From Eledone cirrhosa (taxonomy: Eukaryota), in the NCBI GenBank assembly GCA_964016885.1, contig OZ024742.1, positions 84,010,001 to 84,074,000 on the forward strand: a stretch of DNA of 64,000 nt. The letters run 5' to 3'. The notes under the pieces are model-generated. The model saw nothing but the letters and a program-made list of their open reading frames with translations, ran no database searches and had not been told where the DNA came from. Below are positions 28,289 through 43,365 of this stretch, one piece after another (the stretch's first letter is position 1; every line of letters begins with the position of its first letter). The position numbers and the translations under genes are program-made.

Positions 28289-28421
28289 ACAGCGTGGTAT
28301 AAATATGAACTTCGAAATAACAACTGAGAGAAATATTTACAAGAACACCAAGAAGATTTAACATAAATGTCGCTTAATGTATTTAATTTCACGTACATTA
28401 TACATTATACTTAATGTCATT

Positions 28422-28427
28422 AATAAA
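28422..28427 (+). promoter_or_regulatory. Candidate polyadenylation signal of the Pif/LamG3-like gene
   Basis: AATAAA about 135 nt after the stop codon; the AT-rich background makes this weak. Confidence 0.4.
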
Positions 28428-30030
28428 TGTCTAGCCGTGGGAACGTAGTGGAATAACAAAATTACATAAACAGTAAAGTATCGAGTTAAATGTATTCCGG
28501 TACCGAGTTATCTCCATTTACGTTCTACTTCGAACAATATCCTAATAAAAACCCAAATCATGTCGATTGGAGTTGATTCTATAGGCTGCTTTATGTCACT
28601 AATGTAAGAGATCAATAATCATATTAATTCGGTTTCGAATCTAGACTGACACAAATTCTCATCACGTTAGACGTCAATACGTTTATAAAATATGATCTCC
28701 CATTTCTTTTAATATATGGTCGATGACCCTCTTCTAATAGAAAACTACAGCTTCGTTTTTTTACCTTGAAACATTTAGCTATCACGTAATCTGACAATAA
28801 ATAAACAGAACAATGATTTTACTTTTGGGTTTTCTTTTACTTCTCAATTAATTCGTGTTATTTTAATTTTTTTATCATATTTCCTTTTATTAATTTACTG
28901 GTTTCAGTTATTAAATGGTAACCAAGCCGGGGCGCTGCTCTAGTTTAGTCCAACACATCTACCATAGTACTTTGCTTTATCAAATTTGGTAATTATCTAA
29001 GCGATAGGCACAGTCACAAACGTAACACATGACGGATACTTCATGTCAGATGACAGTTGTCTTAACATAACCGCAATCATTCCAGCAAGTCTACACCATC
29101 CCAAATGCACGGAGGTGACGTTTCAATTCAGCAACAGAAAGCAAGACCAAGACTCCACTCCTAGACACTGACAGCCCTACATTCCACACCAGCACAGGTG
29201 ACCGTGGAATCGTGACTGCTTAAGCCTATACTCCATCTCCTGGAGTAACAAAACTATAGAAGTAACTATTTCTTTGGCGCAAATTCGCGTAATATCCCAA
29301 TGGCTGCTTCTATTGGCCCAATGTCTATATGGTACCAATAATTCAAATTCCTGGACTGCATTGATCGGATAAATGAAATGACAGATGAAAATATTGCAAA
29401 CGAGATATCTGTACAGCATAGATTATTGTGACAAATATTTTTTACAACACGAATGCCATTAATCACATAAATCACAAGTTTCACTCCAGAGTTTTCATCT
29501 TTTAGAAGAATCCTGTAACAACAGCTCGGGGTCGTTTACTCCCATTAAACATACTGCACGTCTTCACACCAACTAGAAAGATGTCTGAGTTCCTACTTAC
29601 ACATGAGCAACATGTCTTAAGGTGTCAGTAACTCGACAGCGCCAAACATTCCTATCACGGTAAGGCCAAACATTGGGCTTCAGTTATCAGAGGCTATATC
29701 AGACGCCAACTGGGGGGGGGGGGGGAGGGGGGGGGGGGCGGCGTTTTAATAGTGAGTAGATCCCCACGTGGTAAATTGTAGATTTTGATCGAAAGCACTT
29801 CTGTCAAAGTTTAATTTAATCTCCAACACAAGGTAAATGACGTATTAAAAATATAACGATGAGTATGGCTGGTTACCTAATCTACAATATAATGGTGTTG
29901 TTATTTTGAAATCATTCTTAACCTGACAACATTGTGAAAACATCAGAATACATTACTGGCCTTATAACTAAATGTTAATTTTGAAAGGTTGCAAACAAAT
30001 GAATCTCCACACACACATACACACACACAG

Positions 30031-30065
<35 letters not shown>

Positions 30066-32040
30066 ATGGCTGCAAACTCTGCTAAGAGTACTGCAATCGC
30101 TTGTCAGGTTATAGAGTTTGGTGCACTTTTAGGCTACGGCCAGTCACACAAACCTGTAACAGACCCTGAACAAACAATGCCTGTGCTTTGAAAGTTTTTT
30201 TAAAGTGGGGAAACGCCTATATATATATGTGTGTGCGTGCAAACACACACAGGCACACTCACACAGGTACACTCACATATACACATACATACACTTTTAA
30301 TAGTAAAAAGAGGAAGAAGAAATTTCATGACCTTTAAAAGGGCTTCCGAGAGAGCTGGGGAAAAGGAATAAGTTATCGGTAAGTGATTATATGGTAATCT
30401 ATTCCAGACACATGTAACAGAGAAACTTTGGATAAAGATATACAAGGCCAGGTGTTAAATCGAACGGTGGATTAAGAGAATCCAAGAACAAACATTCTGT
30501 GTACTCAGTTGCACCCACAAAACGTCTCTCGATTCAGAATTATGCTAGAAGAAACTTTCTCAATTACATGATTGCGAAATGAACTCTGTCATACATGGAC
30601 CTGATATCAAACATTCTTGCACTCACATAAGCGCGTGAGCGTGTTTGTATAGATAGTATATGTAGACAGAGGAATAATTGTGATATGTAAACTAAATTTA
30701 CATCTATTTAGATTATCTGTCTAGCTTATTTTCATGTTAGCATCATCACCATCATCATCATCAGTAGTAGTAGAAGTAGTAGTAGTAGTATGAATGACAT
30801 ACCTATAGATATATACTTAAATGTTTTGGACCTCCATCGTTACCGACGACATGTGCTCTAGTTGGTTCAATCAACGGAACAACCTGCTCTGGAACTTAAT
30901 ATGTAAGTGGATGAACATTGCTCAGACAAGTATACTCATTTATTTGTTCTCAGGGAGATTCAACGTCACACAATGAGTGATAATGTTACCTACCTCCTTG
31001 AATTACAGCTAGAACTTTGGCAGCATCTGTGTTGACTGGAGCAACGTGAAATAAATTGTCTTGCTCAAGAAACAACTCAATATTCATTATTTAGTAGAGG
31101 CCGAGGGTTTGGCAGAATCGTGAGAGTGTTGGACAAAACGTTTTGCAGTATTTAGTTTCGAATTTCTACGTTCTGAGTTCAGTATCATCGGTTTAGAGCG
31201 CAGAGAGAGCCAAAATATGTTATACGCTCTAAAGGCTTTGCGAATTCACCGAAGAGAAAATATAATGAATCCCCCTAATAAATTTTAATTAGCAGTGTAT
31301 GTTTATGTAACATCATGAACGTCAGTGGTATGTTAATAGTATTATGACGTTGGGGTGTACTTGAGTTATGTAGAGAGTCTAAGATTGAGTATTTGAGAAT
31401 TGGTTTAGTATTTTTAGCAAATATTTTAGTCATATCTTTTTCATGACTAGGGAGTTCATAATGTTACAATATCGTTTCTTTGATGTGTTTAATGATAGTG
31501 GTTTGGTATTGTTCAAGCAAACTAAGCTGTCATGTCCTCCTTCAAGGATGCTTGCACGGAAATGAACATCTCATCCAAAATACTTTATGAGAATATTTCA
31601 AAGAATGAAAAGAAATAACAAGTATATATGCACATATCAATTGTGTAGCAGCTGCTGTATCTTTTATTTATTTATACATGAATCAATTCAGCAGCAGGAA
31701 GATGAAAAAAGTCAAGAAAAAGAATACAAGTTTGCTTTGTCTTCCTCTTTGTGCAGCATTTGGTTAAAGCAAGAATAAGGAATCGCAGTAATGGAAAGCT
31801 TCCTCTAGTAAATCTTATACCACCGAGAGAAAAGAAAATATTTATATGGTTAGAGAAAATGCGAATGAAATAAAATGTGCATAAAAATACACTTACGAGG
31901 AAATATCTTATCACATATGACAAATATTACTAGTGAACTCTCCCTGGAGATAATAAGTCATAATTTATAAATGTTGACAGTTATATTATTACCTCACATA
32001 CAAAAGCGCACATATATATATGTACACACACACACACACA

Positions 32041-32086
<46 letters not shown>

Positions 32087-32179
32087 CCCACACACATACA
32101 TATAGATACATACATACATACATGCTTTGTTCTATACATAGAGCATTTTTTTTCCTTTGCTTTTCCGTCGGAATTACCT

Positions 32180-32249
<70 letters not shown>

Positions 32250-32275
32250 CATATATATACATACATACATATATA

Positions 32276-32311
<36 letters not shown>

Positions 32312-32467
32312 TATATGGGCGATGCGTTATGTCCTTGAGCAAGACACTTTATTTCACGTTGCTCCTTCTACCTGGAGTTGCGACCGATAGATAGTAATAG
32401 CAATTGGAAAGACCAACGGAAACATTGTTTCCTAGGTCCGATTTGACGAAAGTCGATCGATCCATAT

Positions 32468-32563
<96 letters not shown>

Positions 32564-32749
32564 GGATACTATTTACGGTTATGTATATACTAAAACATTT
32601 TATAGTTATATATATTTTAAACCTAAACAGTGAAGGTCAGTAATTTATTACTACCTTATTACCAGTAAGATAAATAGCTCAATGTAATAACATCAGTTGT
32701 TCTACAGAGCAGTTATATAGAATTCACAAGAATCAAAGCTATGTTCAAA

Positions 32750-33450
32750 GCATTTATTCACTTACAATTGTTTCATCCAAACCTAGGCTTGGACTCTTCG
32801 GAGCATTTTTCAATGTTTGTACACATAATTGACCTCCTTTCCAACGTTACCTATGTGATGGATGTATAAACTATATATTACTTTTCCTGAATGTGAAAAT
32901 GGTGGTGGATACGAAAACCATAACTTTCTTTTGCTTCTCTTTTGTATTTTTCTTTTTCTGCACACATACTTTTTTATTATATACAAAAAAATACCTTACC
33001 ACTACAACCTCCATAATACTCTTACTTACCCGCTTAAAGTGCTTGTATTACAAGTAACACCCTGCCACACAATAATCATATATGAAAGAGACACACGTGC
33101 ATGCCCCACGTGTAACTAACGCATGCACTAACTACTACATCTGACTAATAAACTATCCTCTTGCATTATCTATGTTAACTGCCGAACGTATTTTAATTTT
33201 GTTTTAATTTTGTTTTAATTTTAATTTTAATTTTGATTTTGATTTTGAATTTGAATTGCTCTACAGAAATAATATAGTATAATATATGTCACTCACTGTA
33301 CATAAATACATACATATGTATCTGTATGTCTCTTGCGTTGGAAAGGAGGTCAATTATGTGTACAAACATTGAAAAATGGTCCGAAGACTCCAAGCCTAGG
33401 TTTGGATGAAACAATTGTAAGTGAATAAATGCTTTGAACATAGCTTTGAT
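32750..33450. mobile_element. Fold-back with U4C hammerhead copies (~32760-32805 minus, ~33378-33422 plus)
   Basis: gct-CCGAAGA-gtccaagc(ctag)gtttggat-GAAA-caattg-TA-agt; ~32725-32847 is the reverse complement of ~33336-33460. Confidence 0.65.
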
Positions 33451-33453
33451 TCT

Positions 33454-33598
<145 letters not shown>

Positions 33599-34363
33599 CA
33601 AGGCCGGATTCCAAATATTTTTTTGATGTAGCAAAATCACAATACGTATTTCTATGGCCTGGTTACATCAAGTCATGCCGTAAAACTTTGGCGACGTCAT
33701 CAGGTTGTATATTGCAAAGATTAGGTAATCAATTACAGGATTACGGCAAACATAAACAGAGAATAAAATTTGACTTTGAGTAAGCCCCCCCATTCAGTGT
33801 TATTCTAGTCACACACACACACACATATGTATAATGTATCATGTTCAATCGTACTGCATGGCATCATGGAAAGGGGTTATTTACCATAACCTCGCATCAA
33901 CCCAATCTTTGAGGAGATAAATTACAAAGAGCATCGGGTTTTGTAATTGAAGGCGACCGTGAAATACTCAGCTACTTGCAGGCTGATTTCACGAGCAGGC
34001 TTTTTCGTTCATCAAACAACCGGAGCACCCCGCGTCGAAAACGATTCCTTTACATTCATTCCATTTCACATGTATGTATAAAATGAAGACATTTACATGG
34101 ATGATATAATTATCTACTGTTCCATAGCTTCAGATATTCAAGAGACGAAATGGGCTTGTTCATAGATAGGTAACCAATAGGTAATATTGACAGCGGATTT
34201 AGACTCAAACAGAAATGTTTTGGAAAGTCAGTTGATTACATTAAATTCAGTACATGAATAGTTTATGTTATCGACCCTGGAATGACGAAAGGCAGAGTTG
34301 ATTCCAGCGGGATTAAAACTCGATCAGTACCTGCTATATGGCGGCTACAACTTCAATCCTTAC

Positions 34364-34438
<75 letters not shown>

Positions 34439-34625
34439 CGAAGGAGTTGTGGTAAGGAACCAGATGGACCATAACTCACCAGAGTACTCAATACTAATAG
34501 GAGAAAGTATGACCCCGACGGCAGAGCTCAAGCCGTTTCGACGGCTATTTCTGGAATAAATTAGAATTTAGTCCAGAAACAGCCGTCGAAACGGGTTGAG
34601 CTCTGCCGTCGGGGTCATACTTTCT

Positions 34626-34724
<99 letters not shown>

Positions 34725-34765
34725 ATATTAAATAAATGGAAACTATATTTATAAAACCATATTTA

Positions 34766-34824
34766 TTTCATTATATATATTTCAAGGGTACCAAAACACT
34801 TTGGTACGCTTTCTTCAGATAAAA
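34766..34824 (-). ncRNA. Type I hammerhead ribozyme (related copies ~27962-28025 and degenerate ~13935-13993)
   Basis: Minus strand ttttat-CTGAAGA-aagcgtaccaaa(gtgt)tttggtaccctt-GAAA-tatata-TA-atgaaa. Confidence 0.75.
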
Positions 34825-35572
34825 TACAAAGTTTGTTTTATAAATAGAGACATACCCACGAAAATCATACCTTATCAGTTGGATATTCTCTGGATAGTGG
34901 AAATGTATTAGGGATTTTTTAAACTTATGGGAGAATATGCAAATGAATATGTAAATAATTGAAAAGCAACCGTTTATTTAAACGACTATGGAGAGAAAGA
35001 AGAGAGAAGAGAAGAAGGACAAAATAGTGAGAGAGAGAGAGAAGGAAAAAAGCGAAGATGAATAAAAAAACTCATATAACGTTAATTTGAGGGAAATATA
35101 TTCGAACAATTATCTATGTGTATATGTAAGTATATATCTTAATAGTATGTGTATTTATATTAAAGGGATATTTTACGAATATTAGTTGTTTAAAATTTGT
35201 TTATAATATATTATTCTTCTGTTATAAGTAGATAAATAAATAAATAAATAAATAGATGGGTATATCATGTTATAGATAGTTGTTCTAATGAGTTATGAGG
35301 GATATTGGTTTTGTATTTTATGTAAATAAATATGTATTTAAAATTGAGAATGATTTAAAATTAAATTAAATTAAATTAAATTAAATTAACTGAGTTAAGT
35401 AAGAATATTTATATTTATATGATTGAAAAGGGAAGATAAGGAAAAAACTCCGGTTTTATTTATTTATTCGTTAGTGTGAGACTATTTAGTCAAAATAAGT
35501 ATGGATGTTTGAGATACATTTAGCCAGAATCAGTTAGTGGTTATTAATCTTGAGAAAATATTTTTAAAAATA

Positions 35573-35668
35573 TTGAAAAATATTGAAAAAATATTGAAAA
35601 AATATTGAAAAAATATTGAAAAAATATTGAAAAAATTTCAAAAAAGTTTGAAAAAAATTTTGAAAAAA
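35573..35668. repeat. 11-bp tandem repeat (tattgaaaaaa)n
   Basis: Direct inspection. Confidence 0.85.
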
Positions 35669-35850
35669 TTCTTGTATTTAAGTATTAGCCGTACTAAGCG
35701 TGAGAAATGAAATTTCATTTTTTCCATTTATCGTTCTCGGGACGCCCGGCCGACTAACTCACTCGATATGCAAATTAGGCTGATCAGCCATTAATATGCA
35801 TAAGGAAAGTATATACTTTCAAACGTTCAATCAACTGACAGGAAGGTATA

Positions 35851-35891
35851 CGGTGCTGATGACAGATAATAAGCTAGAAACTAGTTCATCG
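35851..35891 (+). ncRNA. Type I hammerhead ribozyme, unit 1
   Basis: cggtg-CTGATGA-cagataataagcta-GAAA-ctag-TT-catcg. Confidence 0.65.
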
Positions 35892-36271
35892 TTCCTTTGT
35901 CAGTATTGAACAAAATGGCAACGATGGTTGCCGAACACTGTACGACCAATAATTCGGGCTGTTTGTTTACAAACAAACCGAGCATTATAATAGATGTTCG
36001 GTAAACCCATACGTACATATATATATGTGTGCATGTATGTACGTATATACATACTACTGTACGTCTGTATACATATATGTATGTACGTATACATACTTAT
36101 ATTTAGGTATCAGCCGTACTAAGAGTGAGAAATGAAATTTCATTTTTTCCATTTATCGTTTTTGGTACGCCCGGCCGACTAACTCACTCGATATGCAAAT
36201 TAGTTTGATCAGCCGTTAATATGCATAAGGAAAGTATATACTTTCAAACGTTCAAATGACAGGAAGGTATT

Positions 36272-36312
36272 CGGTGCTGATGATAGCTAATAAACTAGAA
36301 ACTAGTTCATCG
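36272..36312 (+). ncRNA. Type I hammerhead ribozyme, unit 2
   Basis: cggtg-CTGATGA-tag(ctaataaa)cta-GAAA-ctag-TT-catcg. Confidence 0.72.
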
Positions 36313-36589
36313 TTCCTTTGTCAGTGTTGAACAAAATGGCAACGATCGTTGCCGAACGCTGTGCGGCTAATAATTCGGGCTGTTTGTTTACAAACAAACC
36401 GAGCATTATAATATATATATATATATGTGTGTGCATGTATGTATGTATATACATACTAATGTACGTCTGTATACATATATGTAAGTACGTATACATACTT
36501 ATATTTAAGTATCAGCCGTACTAAGAGTGAGAAATAAAATTTCATTTTTTCCATTTATATATACATACATACATACATACATATATATA

Positions 36590-37312
36590 TATTAGAATTG
36601 GAGCTCTGAAATAGCAATATATATATGGATGTATATATAATGTATTTTGCAATACACTTTATGCTTAATTAAAAGCATTTTGAAGACCGTAAGCTATTGT
36701 TTTAAAGTAGTGACAAATTCACTCACTTTGATCTCAGCAAACAGGGGAGATAAGCCGACAAGACTTGTTTCGCTTTGGTTGAAGCTTATCAAGGCCAACT
36801 ACCCCACCTGTTTGCTGAGATCATTGATGTTATATTCTTATAGAAGTCTAGTAAATAATCAGGAGCTGATTATGCAGAGCGGTTGTTGGTCAGGCTGAGA
36901 TCAAAGTGAGTGAATTTGTCACTATTTAAAACAATAGCTTACAGTCTTCAAAATGCTTTTAATTAAGCATAAAGTGTATTGCAAAATACATTATATATAC
37001 ATCCATATATATATTGCTATTTCAGAGCTCCAATTCTAATTTTTTATTTCTGCCTGACCAACAACCGCTCTGCATAATCAGCTCCTGATTATTTACTAGA
37101 TTTCTATAAGAATATAACATCAATGATCTCAGCAAACAGTTGGGGTAGTTGGCCTTGATAAGCTTCAACCAAAGCAAAACAAGTCTTGTCGGCTTATCTC
37201 CCCTGTTTGCTGAGATCAAAGTGAGTGAATTTGTCACTACTTTAAAACAATAGCTTACGGTCTTCAAAATGCTTTTAATTAAGCATAAAGTGTATTGCAA
37301 AATACATTATAT
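36590..37312. repeat. Nested inverted duplications (complex fold-back) bounded by (TA)n
   Basis: 36635-36895 ~ reverse complement of 37052-37312; 36895-37040 is an inverted copy of 36592-36740. Confidence 0.8.
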
Positions 37313-37395
37313 ATATATATATATATATAGGTATCGTAATATTGATGTTAGCTGATTCTCTATGGAGATTTATCACTAACATCATTATTAAGACA

Positions 37396-37480
<85 letters not shown>

Positions 37481-37567
37481 AGAGGTGAGTTTTATTGTAG
37501 TACAATAAAGCAATGCAGATATCGGATAAGAAGCACTCTACAGTTTGTAGGTCTGGAGTATACATAA

Positions 37568-37892
37568 TATATAAGAACAAAAGATGGTTAAAAGAGTTCC
37601 ATGTATTTTATTATGCGCATTTCAAAAACAAATATCATCATGCAATAATATTTGTGTTTTCATCAGATAAAACAGGAGGACATGATATGAAGGTTAAAAA
37701 ACACTTGTGGATAGTTCAGTTTTAAATCAACATAATGTTGATTTAAAACTGAACTATCCACAAGTGTTTTTTAACCTTCATATCATGTCCTCCTGTTTTA
37801 TCTGATGAAAACACAAATATTATTGCATGATGATATTTGTTTTTGAAATGCGCATAATAAAATACATGGAACTCTTTTAACCATCTTTTGTT

Positions 37893-37900
<8 letters not shown>
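37568..37900. repeat. Near-perfect ~165-bp-arm palindrome with a hammerhead in each arm
   Basis: Centre ...aatcaacat-a-atgttgatt... at ~37734; the ORF track shows identical peptides on both strands. Confidence 0.9.
37795..37863 (+). ncRNA. Type I hammerhead ribozyme (inverted copy ~37605-37673)
   Basis: gttttat-CTGATGA-aaacacaaatatta...tgatatttgttttt-GAAA-tgcgca-TA-ataaaat. Confidence 0.8.
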
Positions 37901-37937
<37 letters not shown>

Positions 37938-38464
37938 ATAATAAAATGTGGAGAGGAAGCACACGAGTTAGGATATGTATAGATATATATATGAAAACAG
38001 GGAGAAAGAGACGATTATTAGGAAGAAAAAAATATTTTTTTTCCTTTTTTGTTTCTCTCTCTTTTTTCTGGGTTAGAAAATGATTAAAACGAAATGTTTT
38101 ACTTTGTGTGAAGTGTTAAGGTATTAGTTGATTTATTTATTATTCAACAATCGCATTTATTTATCTATTTATATATTTAATTAGTGTCTATAACCGGTTT
38201 CAGCATTTTTATGCATTATCAAATGAGAGTGAAATGTATTAGTGTGGTGTCGCACATGTTAAACAGAAGGTGCAGAAAGAATAATGTTATTTACAAACAA
38301 GGTTTATGAAGTGAAAAGAAAAAAGAAAAAGGAAAAAAAAACGTGCATAATGTAGAACGTAAAAAGTCAATGTGGAAGAAAAAATAACCCAGAAAAAAGA
38401 GAGAGAGAAACAAAAAAGGAAAAACATATATTTTTCTTCCTAATAATCATCTCTTTCTCCCTGT

Positions 38465-38506
<42 letters not shown>

Positions 38507-39599
38507 GACGTAAAATAAGAAAATTATAAAAATTAACTTACTTACTAAAATTTCACTCCAACTAATTAGTTTCTGAAAGGGATTAAACATGATTTCCATA
38601 TATATATATATATTTGTGTGTGTGTGTGTGTGTGTGTGTGTATAAAAGCACCCCTATTTCAGAATAATACTAAGAGTGAACGAGTATTTATAACCATCAA
38701 ATACATGTTTCCTTGTAACTGATTGGATGATATACATTCCTTTCGATGAGGCTCCAATTAGATCAGAAAATCGATTAAATGTGTGTTCATAATTTATTTT
38801 TCAATTGACAGGGAAATTCTATTTTCTGGTATGTTTACATGCCTACATATTAGATATGTATATATATTCATACATCTTGGTACATTCGAGGTTACACACA
38901 CTGTATTGATACATATAGAATTTCTGGACTGAAATAGCCGTCGAAACGGCTTGAGCTCTGCTGTCGGGGTCTTGAACATTTTCCTATATATATATAGGAA
39001 AAGGGCCGTTTCCGGAGCTCAGCCGTCGGGGTCCTGGCTTTTTTCCTATTAACCACTCTACTAACCTAAGTATCGAGTACTCTGGTGCATTATGGCCCAC
39101 ACTTTCTTTGTTATATATATATATATATATATATATATACTCGCGAATAAGTGAATATATTATCACTTGTTCAAATATTAGATCCCATTATTTTTGGTAT
39201 CCCCATAGAGCCCCTACAACTATGGCACCTAATATCATTTTAAAATGTTTTAAGTTACATCTTAAACACCAGCCTACTAAATATTAGTCTTTTCAATCAA
39301 TTCTTCAAATGAAATGTTATTTATTTCATAAAATTCTTCCAAATTTTGATTATTTTCAAAATTCATTGGAATATATATGCAATGTATTTTATTTGGAACT
39401 AGGCAATAAAAGGGTTAAGCTAGACCAGTAATTCCAAACTTATTTTGCGGTATCATCCAATTTTACATGGAGACATTTTCCACCGTGTACAATATAGTAA
39501 ATATTCAAAAGCATCCAAAAAATGTTTAGTAAAAGTTTGTTACTGGTTCGTAAACTAACATGTTTTGATGCTGTAAAAATACCAAGGGCCGGTAACAAA

Positions 39600-40930
39600 T
39601 AACGCTGATTTATGCGGCACCTTCTGCTGCTACTACCGTATTAAAGAACAAATGAAAGCAATCTTGACCATTTAAAACTGTATTCTCTTAAATCTTATTA
39701 GATTAGGATTAAATGTCACTGTACATTGATGATACCACATGTTATTTTTTACTGTGAAACCGATACTGCATTGTAGCATCATTGTCAATTTGTTAATCTA
39801 TCAACTTCTCCTGCACATCTTCGCAATGGATTACTTGAACTTCAAACAGGTTGTTATACGACACTGGAACAGGCACTATCCTGAAATCGCTGTACTATGT
39901 CATCATACAATGGTTGCAAATTATCGCGATATGTAATGACATCCTCATCAACGAATTCACTTTTCAAGTTATTCAATTATTGAAATTGATGGAATTGATG
40001 TCTTGAAATATTCATCTTATATAACGTTAATTCAGAGATGAAAGCAGAGATGGACGATTTATAGTTGACAAGCGATTTTTGCTTTCCTTGCAATAACATA
40101 TTGAGATCATTTAGTTTGGTGAATATGTCGCTAAGGAAAAGAATATCACATTTTGAAGCAATAAAAAGTGAATAGTGGAGTGTTTTCAAAAGAATTTATT
40201 GTACCAAACAGTTCAACAAAACGGACAACACAGTTGCCTTTTGACAATCATCGTACTTCAATATCATAGAAAAGCCTAACATAGTCATCAGCGTTATCAA
40301 GGTACAGTCGATGGGAAATTCGCTTCGACAAAGAATTCGATTTTAGCTAGTTCACAGTTTTAATAACTAACTGCATTACATTACTAAGCCTGTCTTGATA
40401 TTTCTGGCCAGTAAATGCTGCTGGTGAACCACACAGTGACCTCTTAATACAAGATGCGCTAGTTCAATTTGTAAGAAAGAAGAGAAACCTCTGTATCCAT
40501 ATTCTATAGTAAGCGCTCCATCAAATGCACCGACATCAATATTGTTCAATGGGATGTTATGCTCAAAATAGAAACACGTTTTAATTTAAAAAGAGGAAAG
40601 CATCTCCTAATAGTAAAAAACGAACATCATCAAGAATTGACTGCCAATAACTGTTGATTTGTCAACTTATAGGGAAAATTCAGAATTCAGAATATAATGG
40701 AAGAATGATATTTGACGTCGGTGACTATTTTATCTATACGTTGAGAAATTGTGTTATTACTAAGTGGAATGGTCTTGATAATCGTGTGAGGTTTTTTATA
40801 CATTATAGTCGAGAAAACTTTTCCAGAAACATGTTGATTTAATGTGTTTCCTATAGTGCGAGACTTAGCGGCCAGCAATGCACTGTTGTAAGATGCATTC
40901 ATCGTGTTGTAATTGAGCTTTTTCACCCAG
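39600..40930 (-). mobile_element. Decayed hAT (Buster/Charlie, ZBED8/SCAND3-like) transposase remnant
   Basis: Minus-strand IPLSNNTISQRI, DGA, HCVVHQQHL, EVR*LSKG....RF.EL, LSDIFTKLNDLN..LQG. Confidence 0.85.
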
Positions 40931-41775
40931 AAACATATTCATAATACATCTTATATATGTTATGATACTTTAAATTAATATATATCAGCTCCACATTATT
41001 AATTTGTTGAGCTGCGTGTGCTGTGATTGGTATATCGTACTTATTTTTAGTGGCCGATCGTCTAGTTCTATTTATATCTGCCGTCACCGTTAAGTATAAA
41101 TTCACTCCATGCGATGTGGATTGACTATTTCTATGCACATGACAGATGTAAAGGTGTTTTGTATTTTATTGATGTTATAGAAAAGCAATTTTCCTCTGAT
41201 GACTGGTTCTACGTTTCCCAGAGCTGTACCAAAATCGATATTTGGTAATTGATAATCTATTGCTTAGATCAATTTTCAGTCCGGTTCTAGTCGTTATGAA
41301 CCAGCGCTGTAAGGAGTTTTAGATTTTCCACCATAAGACGTCAACTTTTCCAGGCTTACATGGTGTGAGCGGGTCCTTTCTAACACAACATTTTACCACA
41401 CGTCATTTACCACACGTCATGTTCTCTTCAGTCGCAACTCATGTTACACTAGCATGCAGCCATTGGCGGACTGGCCAGGTTGCCAAGTTGCCCAATGGCA
41501 AGTGGGCCCCATGGGGCCCACGATAGCATTGCAGGGGCCCGCAGTAGTACTGCAGGGCACACTGTAATATTTTAGGGGCCAATGCTTGGCTTTCAAAATA
41601 TACCTAAAGTCTAAGAGAAAGAAGAAATAAATAAAAAAAATAAAATAAAACAATTAAGCAAAGCATTTGGTCAACCAATTCTCCAAGGAATGAATAGAAA
41701 CCAAAATATACGATAGTGCAAATAGGTGGAATCTAAACTACTAAAACATACATATATAGACACACACGCACACAA

Positions 41776-41979
<204 letters not shown>

Positions 41980-42115
41980 TCCAGAATTAGCCGTCGAAAC
42001 GGCTTGAGCTCAGCTGTCGGGGTCTTACTGGTTCCTATTACCCACTCTACTACCTCAAGTATTGAGTACTTTGGTGCGTTATGGTCCACCTGGTTCCTTA
42101 CCACATTTCCTTCGT

Positions 42116-42158
<43 letters not shown>

Positions 42159-42230
42159 GAACTACTGACCAAATAATGTTTGGTACCAATGGGTTAAAGA
42201 CATCTGTCAAATCAATTAGTGGTGAAGGTG

Positions 42231-42270
<40 letters not shown>

Positions 42271-43179
42271 AGTGAGTATGAAAGACCAAATGTCATTATT
42301 GAAAGTCTCTGGATTTCGCAAAATACATATTTTTTTATTGGAGAAGGTAAGATATTTTCCCGCAAAAATATGATACCACTGTTTTATTTCCACTTATGTA
42401 TTTTTTGAAAATGTTATTTATTCATTATAAAAATTAAATGATAATATTCTATATATAGGTGGGTCCCTTCTTCTCCTGGCAACCAATAAATATTTTTAGA
42501 CCCAGTCCGCCACTGTATATATATATAACAACTAGAAATTGATTAATATATAAATAAACATATGAAACAATCACAGGCGATAATTTCACTTTGATTTATC
42601 TTAATTTTGGATATAGATATATAAATACGGCTCCTTAATTGTAGAGCTAACTCGGTTGAAAGGACTTGACTGCTGTTTCTAGTTGTCGATAACCCTCTTC
42701 ACGCCACTGGGACAAAGCTGGTATGATGTGTGTATTTTTAGTAGATACAGCACGTGTTACTGGCCAGTCGCTGATTTGAACTTAATGCGTAAACACAGAT
42801 GGCTGGACTTCTTCCTTGTTGAAAATCCAAGTATCGGCCTCCGTGGTTTACCATTCGATTAATTGGTGAAATATATTTCTTTAATGGAATATATACAGGG
42901 AAGATTAATCATATTATAAGGTATCTATTTTTGAAGTTCTAGTTAACTTTATTTAGTTACCTACCTAGCTATGTGTGCTTACACACTTGTAAAAATTATC
43001 CCCTGTGATTGTTTCATATGTTTATTTATATGTTAATCAATTTCTAGTTGTTATAAAATGCTCGGACCTATTCATTAGAATCTTGGAGCTTATTTTACAG
43101 GTGATATGGCGCATGCCTTTCTGGCATGACACCCATAATTTTGATTTAGATTAAATTAACTTTGATTTATCTTAATTTT

Positions 43180-43236
<57 letters not shown>

Positions 43237-43326
43237 GCCAATCATTGTAAGTTTGAATCTAACTACATGCAAAAACATATATATATGAATAAGGTAAGCC
43301 CAAATCGTAGAAGATTCAAATACCAC

Positions 43327-43365
<39 letters not shown>

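Larger units (their letters stand above)
35687..36557 (+). repeat. Tandem ~400-425-bp non-coding repeat (2 units plus start of a third), one hammerhead per unit
   Basis: agccgtactaag at 35687, 36112 and 36514; a dispersed inverted copy lies at ~62330-62740. Confidence 0.85.

Noticed and set aside
29040-29710. Possible non-LTR ORF1 remnant
   Set aside because: No motif could be read with confidence.
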